Origin: Balanoglossus misakiensis | Lineage: Eukaryota; Animalia; Hemichordata | Reading direction: 5' to 3' | DNA: 64,000 bases | Assembly: GCA_040954595.2 (NCBI GenBank) | Contig: CM082593.2 | Coordinates: 4,729,434-4,793,433, forward strand | Shown here: positions 54,071 to 64,000 of the stretch, piece by piece | Numbering within the stretch: the first letter of the stretch is position 1 | How the letters are laid out: each line of letters begins with the position of its first letter | Position numbers and translations under genes: made by a program | The notes under the pieces: generated by a model | The model's database searches: none | Told to the model about the DNA's origin: nothing | The model's input: only the letters and a program-made list of their open reading frames with translations

Positions 54071-55722
54071 GAAAGTTTGTCAGGGTGGGCCTGGACTCAA
54101 ATTCAGTTTGTTAAAGTCCAACACACTGAGCTCTGACACTGAGGTATAAGAATAAGGCCTGCACAAACATTTGGCAAATATAACTGTCACTGGCCCAAAC
54201 GGTTGCTAGGCAAGTGTTAGCTAATCCGAAAACTACACTAGATCTGAACTTTAATTCTCGGATATTGTACGGACAAAATCTACTGTGGTGAATATGCCAT
54301 ACAGTGGATGATGATACCAAGTGTGGGGGATTCTCAAAATTCTTTTTGACATCACAATACACCCACTGCGAATGTTTTAGATGCGTTATGTTCTCTTTAG
54401 TGTACTGGGAAGTGCAGTATTTGTAAATGTCGCTCCTGAAATACCACTGTCTGTTTAGTTTTCGACAACTACATGTAAATGACAAGGAAACTACTGGATT
54501 GCACATTCAAGAAATACTTTTAAACCACTGTCTGCAGGTTGCATAACACATGATACCTTGAACACCCATTGTTAATACAACACGTCCATTTAGCAGATTT
54601 GCAATTGGTGCATGCCATGCCACAGTTCCACAAAATGAACACATCACTCACACTTCCTTCCTCCCTTCTAGATAAATAATTACTCTTGAAGCAGGAAATC
54701 TTTTTTTCTCTTGCGTCTCTTGGATTATACTACCACTTTTCAAGGTTAAATTCATTCATATTTCGAATTATGATTATGATTATGACATATTGGTGTGTGC
54801 AAGTAGAAACAAGCTTATAATCTGTTGATTTCAGAATTACTAAGTGGATCTGTTTACACAAAAAATTATGATAAATTAACACCACAATAAGCTTATTCTC
54901 GTCATAACATGTGAAACCAGTCACATTCTTCTTCTACTAGTTTAAACTGTAAACTTCATATTTTGGAGACAGAATTGCTTTAACTGGAGTTGTTGAGTTT
55001 TTGTGACACTTTTCCGCTGTCAAAACTAAGAGTGGTTTGTGACAATTGGATTTTGCGTTTCCACTTTCATGACAGCTTGTCAACAGCTGTTTCTATTGAA
55101 TTGTCAAACATGTTGACAGCTATGTAAACTATTAACTCTGTTGGCAATGTTGTCTGGATAAATATAATCACTATTAGCAAGATTCATTTTCTCATCAGTA
55201 AATCAAATATGTACATTTCAGGCATTTTTTGTAATCTTCCCTTGGGTTTTATTACCTACGATTTAGTTGGTATATTAGTGTATTGGGTGTAATAATTTGT
55301 TAACATGGGTAGTTTTTAACGAGTATGGGCCAAAGAATCGTAGTTTAGAGGTTAATAATCGTTAATTATTACTAAGTCAAGACCAGACAGGCAATGACAT
55401 GACACAAGAACTTATCTGACCTGTGGCTGCAATACCAGTATTTCATGATTTCAAAGTGTGTTTACTTTTCTTTTAATGAACAGAAGAAAAGGAGTTTGCT
55501 GTGAATCTTTGGTAGGCAGTTTTTCCAGTCCGATTGGTTGGGCCATTTTAACTTCTTAGTTATCCAGATCCCTCCCCACCCAAACAAAAGTTGAGGAATA
55601 CATGTCCCTATCCCATGGCATATTACAACGACCCGCCCCCTTTTTCGTGTATTCTCGCAGTGGGATAAAATAAAAGTTTACAAGAAGATCGATTATTCCC
55701 CTTAGTTTACTCGGCTACCAAC

Positions 55723-55738
55723 CTTTCTTTTGATCCAT
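55723..55738 (-). CDS. PIK3AP1: BCAP/PIK3AP1-like, candidate first coding exon (MDQKK)
   Basis: ATG GAT CAA AAG AAA G|GTTGGT gives the phase 1 needed by the TIR exon; lies in a CpG-richer promoter-like region. Confidence 0.55.
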
Positions 55739-58700
55739 TCTGTGACGTTGCGGCACATAAAACGTCGCGTTGAAAAATGTTCTTGCACTTTGGGCAGCGT
55801 CAAATGAACAGCGACTAAAGTGCACTGATCATGGGCTTCGTGAAGGCGGTGTCCAAAATCCCCAAATTCACGCGTAATCTTCACAGTTCGGTGTGCGTTT
55901 CATCTCCTCAGACACGTCCTAGAAGCTAAGAAATTCATGATATTTGCTGCGCGTTTGCACCACTCCACTGGCCGTCATGTGCACTTGATGAGGAAGTAAC
56001 ATACAACATAACTTTGTTTCTGCCTCGAATTTCCGGGTTCACCGTCCAGGTCACTTAAGGGTGCCTTTCGCTAAGGCTCATGGGAAATTTATTTGAGACA
56101 GGAGGCTTCCTTCAGAGCTCTCCAGGATTTGACCATGCAATAGATTGTTTTAGCAGAATATGACTTGTTTTTCGGCCAGATAAGTTAAGGCCAATATCTG
56201 CATGCTCGTTTGACCATTACGAGTTATTTAGCCCACTACAAGTCATCAATAGTTCGACCTAGGCTAACGCACACCTCTTGGACGCTTGCGTAGAACAGTA
56301 GCCATGTGTGTCTGCGTGGTGGCGGCTATCTTCTACACACACCAGAAGCGCAAAGCATGCACCCAGACCGAGCCTGGCCTTTGAGGATACTTTTTCTTCA
56401 AAGCTAGGAGCTTGGGCTTGGCGAAAGTGCTATAAAATACGGGTATAATATTAAAGTGAACAATGCTGAAAGCCAAAGAACGGAAAAGGAAACTGGGCTT
56501 CCCTGGTCAACCCCCCCCCCCCCCCCCTTTATCTACTTAAGCGCCGGTATCCCGGATAAAGTAGCCTCAGATAAACGTGGCTGTAGTATTGTCCTATTTC
56601 CTCGTGATAAGTTTTATTTGTTGACTTAAATGATGAATATATGTTTTTTTTTTAGATACTGCGTACTTGACCACTCATGAAGGAGAGACTGTCAGACACG
56701 TCGACCAAACCTCAAGATCAAACACTTCAAGATTATGCCTTGGCCAAAGTTCATGATTTTAAAGGGTGTTATGCGGAAATGGTTTTCTGCTTTGCAAGCA
56801 GTTGCCCTCCCTTTTTTATAATGGGTACGCAGATTGTCATTTTCTTAGTTTTCTACTTTTGCAATGATCAGTTCACAAAAATAATGTTATTAATAAAGTT
56901 ATAACAATGGAAATTGATGATAATTATTTTTAAAAGACTGTCGACAGTCTAAACAGTAGAAAAAGTTCCATTTTCTGCGTTATTCACATGCTAACCGGAA
57001 AACTTACACGGAAGACTTTGCTCGTCTTAGGAATGTTTACTTACGAACTAACTGTCTTATGTAAACAATACTACTGTAACCTGTTAAGCACGTGTCAGCG
57101 ATAAAATCTATCAATCAACAGAGTCACCAGGCCCCAATGAGAGGGGAAAAGTTCGGAATCCTATAAGAACACGGCCCTGTAGGCATGCTTATAATAACCT
57201 GTACTTTGTTTAATTCCCGACATTCTATTTTCTGACTTTTTATAAGAAACTATACAATAAAATTCCGTCTTAGTTTAATAGGCTTATCCTTTCGACCTGC
57301 AAGAATTCTGCCGAATCATCAACGGTAAATAGCGATGAAATCACGGATTAAAGGAAATGAAATAATCTTTTCCAGTATAATCACACTTCCGAAGTACATG
57401 TGAGTAATTTGCTACAGAAATAGAAAGATTTGTAAGCCCTTCTTCTGAGAAAATGATGTGCAAATCCCCAAGTAATCGATAGCGAGCGGGCGTTATGTAT
57501 ATATTGACACAAAGCATGTATCTTCTCTAAACTTCAAATGAAAGCTTTATAAATCCTATAAGTAAATTTGCTATCTTATATAATTAACGCTACAGAAAGT
57601 AGACTCGTCACATATACCACGAATCCCAGTTAAACAGCGCCCTCACAGGTCTGAAGTGTCTGTCCGACAGTTCGTGTCTGCCACAGCTACAACGGTGGTG
57701 ACATCTGAAAACATTTTAGCGATGAATATCCAATTAATTTGGTTAGCTATGGCCATTGACAAGACTGGTAGAATCAATAAATATGCTCTTCATTTTAACT
57801 TTTATGATCACCGATTCAGGAAAATCAGGAATTTATTTAGTGCCCATTCAGTGGGGTATAAATAAAAAAAAAAAAAGCAAACACACAGGATATTTATTTA
57901 GCACAGCTTTATTGAACCTTTTCCAAGCCAGTTATTGTATGATGAAACATTAAAACACGTAAAAACCTACACATACAAGAGGATAATCATTTGGAAACTA
58001 ATCCTAACTCTCAGCTAACTGATCTAATCATATCTGATCGAAGTTCTTACAAAAACGAAAAGGACCGTACATAATCCGGGAAATTCTTCTCTCTACACAC
58101 TTACGCTCATGATATTTTTGAAATTCAATAAAATTTCACGTTAATTAGCATTTTTTCTGGGCATTTACAGTGGATGTTATTGTCTTATTATTAATTGGTG
58201 GGGGGTTTTTGAAACCTTCCCAGAGTTTAAGACAGTCCTTTAATACAAAATAAAATAGACTACGGGAACTTGTCTGAATTGCGTCTACACCACAGGAAAT
58301 GAGAAAAAATAAGGTAGCTGATATACATACTGTAGATAGTATTCCCATAGGGCTAGGCCACAGGAGAGAAAGACATTCTTACAATACTCCTCTTAAAAAA
58401 AAAGCAAACACACAAAATTCACAGTGCGAACTAATTACAAACACTGTCGTGTAACGAGACTAATATTTCTGTGAACGACACTAAAGCTCACTATATATCC
58501 ATGAATGAATCAGAAAAAAGGCTAGAGTTGTTTCCAGAATTTAACCATTTAAAAATCTATCTGTGAAATATGATACCTACACTGTCATCCCAGACACTGA
58601 CCTCACGTCACTACACTACTTGTGCAAGAAACATGCTGTATCAACTATCAGTCACAATTTTCAAAGGAAGAGAAAGGTTTATACGAAATTTTACACCCAA

Positions 58701-59681
58701 TCGCTGGGGACATTAATTTAACAGTTTTTTTGCGAAAGACGAATAGGTGCAGCTTCAGTATACGGTGCGCAAGACAAAACATCTTTAAAATGTCACTTTC
58801 CAGAACACTAACATTTGGTGTGGTATTCAGCTGTCTAATGGTCAAAAAACTGGACAAAAACTGTATTATGTGTAGTAGTTATCAGATGTGCAAGTCGGAA
58901 CATTTTTCGTCGGGAATGCTTTTGCGAAAACACAAAGCGGAACCAACCGACGCTGTTCCAAAATGTCCAACTGCTGGAAGATGGTTGCAAAGTGTTGCAA
59001 GTTGTCAGAAAGATCAAACAAAGACTGATTTGAACTTGATTAAAAATACTGAAATATCATTCATAGAAAGAAAAATCTTGGGGGGTAACTGGTCATATGA
59101 AAATGTTCATGGTTGTTTTGGAAGCTGACAGAAAGTTATGTTGTTACGGCTAGTTTCTTGTCAGCCTCGATACAAAAAAAAATCTATCCTAGTAAAAATT
59201 GTAATTATCTCAGTATCGTTAATTGGCTTTCTTAATATCTGGTCTGCTAAATGTACTGGATAAAATTGTCTATACAGACTAAATACTACAATACTAAGGC
59301 AGTGTTCAAACATTCTAACAGTCTGACACTTAGGGAATACTAACCATACACCAGTTGAAGTGTACACATGGGTACATTCAGAACTCAATTCACCCGATAA
59401 CACAAAGTCAAGCAGGAGGCATTGTTGGCCGTGATCAGAACAGTCAAAAATGCATAACGTCTATAAAAATGGACTAAAATCTTAACTATATGCACATTTC
59501 GGAACATTTATCAGTACACGTGTATGGTCAAAAATACACCAGACTGAACGAACTACACTGAATTTTTTATCTTAACTGGAGTATATAAACTTAGTGACAA
59601 CTTCCAAACATACCAGTTCATATAATATTCACCAAATAACAAGGCCAGTTTTGTCAGAATCTGAAATAAATTTGGTCAATT

Positions 59682-59877
59682 TCAGTCTTGGCTTTCTGGG
59701 GGTTTGTCGGAGTCCAGAAAACTGTCGATCATCTGTTGCAAGTCTTCCCTAAGCTCGCTGGGGTCCTCTACTTCTTTGCCGTCTTCCTCAACCTTGGTGT
59801 CTGTTGTCTCTTCCACTTCAACCTCTTCTCCGTCTTTGATGATGGTTTTCTTGGTGACTCTTTTATGCACTACAACT
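59682..59877 (-). CDS. Ankyrin-like? gene, last coding exon
   Basis: ctctccaaccacag acceptor, phase 2; (R)VVVHKRVTKKTIIKDGEEVEV...PPESQD then TGA; AATAAA signals on minus strand near 57893-57913. Confidence 0.85.
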
Positions 59878-59933
59878 CTGTGGTTGGAGAGAAACAAGGG
59901 GGAGATGTCAGTCTGGCCGTATTGCCTGCTGAA

Positions 59934-59999
59934 TACAGTACAGTACAGTACTGTACAGTACAGTACAGTACAGTACAGTACAGTACAGTACAGTACAGT
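59934..59999. repeat. (CAGTA)n microsatellite
   Basis: Seen directly; in the last intron of gene 4. Confidence 0.95.
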
Positions 60000-60627
60000 G
60001 TACAGTGCAGTATACAATGTAGATACAGTACAATGAACATATGACTGTTCCCCAGCTAACTCGGTAGCTAAAATTCCAAAGACACCAGTTTATCACTCAC
60101 TCAAACCTTACTTTGAATAGAATTAGTCCAAATGTCCAATCATTCATGTCTTGATGCAGTACAAGTAAGTTTATTTTATAAGAATGAACGAATATATGAG
60201 TACAAGAAAAATGATAATCAAAAAGCCAAAACCCAAAGGTGATGTATGGTATTGGAGTGATTATGCATCCTCGATTATGTGTTAAATACTATTATACACT
60301 GTGAATGCGAAGGTGGGCTTGCTCCTGGTTCACCCTGAATATTAAACCATGCTGATGGTGTATTTATGAACAGAAAAGTTGCACATGTGTAGTACAGACG
60401 ACCCTCCCCTTTATATTCATATATGGCTTCAGAGTTGTAACCCGATGGTATGGATGAAAATGTGGCAAAGAAGGGAACACACTCACACACACATATACAT
60501 ACACACACACGCCATGATCAGATCCCATTGTCTTGCAAAGAAACCCATGGCAATCAAACAAGTTGTCTGTGATGTTGTTGAGACTTACAATGACTAACAA
60601 CCAAGGTGGTATCCGTGTTTAACTAGA

Positions 60628-60649
60628 CTAGACATCGGTTTCCTGTGGA
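60628..60649 (-). CDS. Ankyrin-like? gene, candidate alternative last exon (S)PQETDV*
   Basis: tttattgctgcag acceptor after a long pyrimidine-rich tract; phase 2 join gives AG|T CCA CAG GAA ACC GAT GTC TAG. Confidence 0.6.
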
Positions 60650-61770
60650 CTGCAGCAATAAAATTTAGGTTAACACAAAAAAAGAAAAGAAGGTAAGTTT
60701 GCTTAAAAATAAATAAAGCAAAGAACAAAAGGTGCTTGCAAAAATCGTGAAGAAATGAGAAATTTTAATTAAAGAGAATGTCACACAGAAAATCAAGCAG
60801 AAAAAAGCAATCATGCAAACTAAAAAGAAAGACTGTTAGAATGTGGCAAACATTTCCGGGTTCTCATAGCATAAGATACCCTGCATTAAACATGCAAAAT
60901 ATTGAAGTAAGGGGTAAAAGTTAGTTTGGATAATGTGTGCTAGGTCAAGGGGTTGGGTTAAGATTATCAATTTAATCCGGTGTTCCTGGGTAAAGCGATG
61001 CACATAGGTCATCTGGGGTCAGGGTTCAAAGTGCGGTTCACCATCTACACCAATATCACCTTGGTCTTTCCAATTTTGATTTCAATGGTAAGGTTGGAGA
61101 GGTTCCGGGAATTAACACACAACACTGGAGGATTGTTGATATACTCCCCATCACCTAATCCATGCCATGAATCAAGATCTATCTTGATGCAAATTTATGT
61201 CCACTTCATATATGCAACTTTTGGGTACTTTATTGTAATAAAGCTGACATGTATTTGACAGTGAACGTACCATATCAGGGACTACTAAATTTACATTGGC
61301 AAAATCATATAAAAAATCTATCATTGAGGTATGGATAGATGAATTTCACAGTGGGATGAGTTTATGAGGTGGTTCTTGCATATATGAGTGGAACTTTACA
61401 TACATTTGCATAATGATTCATGATACAAATGGATAGAGTTCATACTTCATCATGTTAAGACCATCAATCAGTTTTACCAACACCTAAACCACCCAGGTTT
61501 ACCAACAAAGAGTTGAGTATTAAGTATATGTCTTAAAGAGTATATTTCAATAAACTTCAATATTTATACAATTCTACTATTTTGACACAAGTCAGAAATC
61601 TTTTGTATGACACTGAATAAGATGACAAGTATGAATCAAGATATACCAGGAAATTCTGCTGAATGGTTTGACTGATGACTCCAAAAATAAAGAATTCCAC
61701 AGAAATTATGATATTTTTATCATTTTCATTTTCCCTTTGGCTTTGATTGTAACTTCTGACGGCGACTTAC

Positions 61771-62032
61771 CTTTTGCTGGAACCTTCATCAAATTCGCCA
61801 TCTTCTCTCATCAGCTGAGCAAAGTCCTGGTCCCCTGACCCGCCACTGATTTGGCGGACGCGGCGTATCACTTTCGTTATCGATCCGTCCTCGTTGACGT
61901 GTTCCACAACTTCGTCGTCGCTGCCAAGTTCACCGAAGTCAAAGTCGCCACCGCCAGACACCACTGTTGTCTTCTTGACCACTGTGGTGGTCGTTCTCTT
62001 GCCTGGTTCTTCAGTGATGTCCACATGCTCTT
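61771..62032 (-). CDS. Ankyrin-like? gene, exon d
   Basis: cattctcag acceptor; (E)EHVDITEE...EHVNEDGSITKVIRRVRQI resembles the ankyrin C-terminal DExGxIVTKKIIRKV motif; donor AG|GTAAGT, phase 2. Confidence 0.85.
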
Positions 62033-62747
62033 CTGAGAATGCAGATGAAAATGTGAAATATTAATATTCAATACTCATGAATATTCAGTAAAATCAGTAA
62101 AAATTATGAACCTACAGACTAAGGGACAATATGAATTATCAATGTTGTAGCTAACTTCCTTTTTCCCTACAAAACATTACATACAGTGTATTGTTGCCAG
62201 ACATGTGTTATCTTGTGTTCAAAGAAATGCAAAATGTTGGTTAAACCATAGACTGTCTATGGTTAAACAGAGAGACAAAGTCTGCCTGTTCGTATCTGAT
62301 AAAATACATTTCCATCAACTCATTTACACATACATGTACATTCACGAATTCTCTAACGAATAAGTATTGGTTTATTCCAAATACAATGCACAGTATTACA
62401 AAAATCATGCTTCTACATTTTGTCATGCAAAGTCGCAATCACTGTAGGGAGTCGTTTTATTGGGTGGTGACGTGAGAAACGATGCAATCAGCAAGCTATA
62501 CAACAATCTAGTGTTAACACTGTTAGCCATGGGATGAATATAGTAGTAAGGACTCTGACCCTTTTTTCAATAATTCAGAATGCAATCATGGCAACAGTTG
62601 ATGATGATTTGATGAGAAGATACAGAGAATTTGAATTAGAGATTGGCAGCATTTGCGAGGGTGGGGGGGGGGGTAAGTTAGCAAAGGTCTGGGAGGGGGA
62701 GGGTACACTACAGGTGTGAGATTGTCACCGTTCTAAGATATGGTCAC

Positions 62748-62819
62748 CTTTTAAATATTTCGCAAATGGGTCAAAGGAATCAACACCGTCTGCTGTGCTT
62801 TGGTTGGAATACACTCCCT
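62748..62819 (-). CDS. Ankyrin-like? gene, possible cassette exon c
   Basis: ctattcacag acceptor preceded by CTAAC; (E)GVYSNQSTADGVDSFDPFAKYLK; donor AAG|GTGACC; symmetric phase 1. Confidence 0.5.
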
Positions 62820-63164
62820 CTGTGAATAGTAATGTTAGCTTAGTGATAAGACAACAAAAGTAAGATGTGCTGAGGGGAGGGTAGAACTTAGTGACAAAGA
62901 CCCAAGGGATACTCGTTTTTATCAAAAGAGGTGGCATAGCATTGAAAAAGAAAACTTTATGAAAAAGAGACAGTGTTTTATTGACATTAACACATTTAAC
63001 ATCAAACAATAATAACACAGGAGTAATACACAATTTGAATTTTTTTTTCTAAAATTGTGTTTCACAGATCTACCAAACATGAGAGTCAATTTGGGCAAAA
63101 CATACTAACTACATTGTATCCTGTAAACCCCAGTAAAACCCAAGACGATCTAGAGATACTGTAC

Positions 63165-63389
63165 CTGTATATTCACTTGTTTCTGGGTCTTCGGTCGGTT
63201 CTGGGGCAGCAGCTTCAGTCTCAGTTGTGAAATCTCTGTTCAGTAAATCCTCCATTTCTCTTTCGTCCTCGGGACTGATTTGATCGTTGTCCACTTCAGG
63301 CTCAGCTTGAACGTAGTCGATCACGTCATGATCCACAGTTTCGTGCACAGGGCTGTCATTGATTTCTGGTGCGGCAACTCCTTCTGAGT
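63165..63389 (-). CDS. Ankyrin-like? gene, exon b
   Basis: (D)SEGVAAPEINDSPVHETV...ETSEYT; acidic open frame; donor CAG|GTACAG; 225 nt. Confidence 0.75.
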
Positions 63390-63582
63390 CTATACCGCAA
63401 ACAAAATGATTATTGTTATTGTAAACACAAGACCAGACGTGATGTAAGAAATGTTGGTAAACAGCTTGTATGGAAATATGTAGTCAGGTACAATTATCTT
63501 TTACATGTTTCTATTTTCTAATTGGAAGACAAAAACACATTGAGATTAAGGCAATACAAGGGAAAGTTTTGTATATTCTTAC

Positions 63583-63712
63583 CATCCATAGGCAAGTCAT
63601 TCATCAACGCGGCCAAATTATCAAAGTCTTCTTGTGTTCGTTCTTTCTCAGCATCATCTTCGAATGATTCCGATGTTCTGACAATGTCTCGTTCCTCCAA
63701 TACAGGTTCAAT
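63583..63712 (-). CDS. Acidic C-terminal region of a larger gene (ankyrin-like?), exon a; gene continues beyond the window
   Basis: tttcaactag acceptor; IEPVLEERDIVRTSESFEDD...DLPMD; donor G|GTAAGA. Confidence 0.8.
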
Positions 63713-64000
63713 CTAGTTGAAAACACAGCAGAGCACCAGGAATTAAGCATTGTTATCAAGACCTGTGCACCCTGAAACTGTTGAATTTTCGTACTTTTGC
63801 TTCTTGGTTTCGTGGGATATTTTTGACCGATGGCCGACTTCTCATGTAAAATTCTAGCAGTTTGACTTTTGCTTTCATTCTAAACTCAGAAAGCCTTATT
63901 CAAAAACAAGATTTTGGTGCAGGTATTGGTCAAAGCATTAGGGCTAGTCTCACATATCTCAGAGTGATGGTTTGGATTCAGATATCTTGAAAAATTGTAT

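Noticed and set aside
58622-59128. 168-aa plus-strand ORF
   Set aside because: GTG start, no recognisable motif, antisense to the probable 3' UTR of gene 4.

Overview
AT-rich, intron-rich animal genomic DNA, not prokaryotic. A marine invertebrate source, possibly a deuterostome, is inferred from gene style and repeats. I manually spliced four tandem genes, all on the minus strand, with GT..AG introns and consistent reading phase. (1) 994-33918: a 9-exon, ~544 aa protein with an N-terminal Enigma/ALP/synaptopodin-2-type PDZ domain, a 19.5 kb first intron and a Pro/Ser-rich tail of repeated short motifs; no LIM domain is seen. (2) 36482-37890: a 2-coding-exon multipass membrane protein of unknown function. 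(3) 41864-55738: a ~17-exon, ~1000 aa BCAP/PIK3AP1 (Dof/BANK family) adaptor with TIR, DBB, ankyrin-repeat, coiled-coil and Pro-rich regions. (4) 59682 to >63712: the acidic 3' end of a larger gene, tentatively an ankyrin. The best leads are a hidden alternative last exon giving gene 4 a PDZ-binding -ETDV C-terminus, a kB/ETS-marked candidate internal promoter for a TIR-less BCAP, the exon-modular motif repeats and MEF2/E-box module of the PDZ gene, and a 143-bp hairpin element flanked by 7-bp direct repeats. Most short ORFs in the supplied track are spurious. Family assignments are from recalled motifs; no database search was run.
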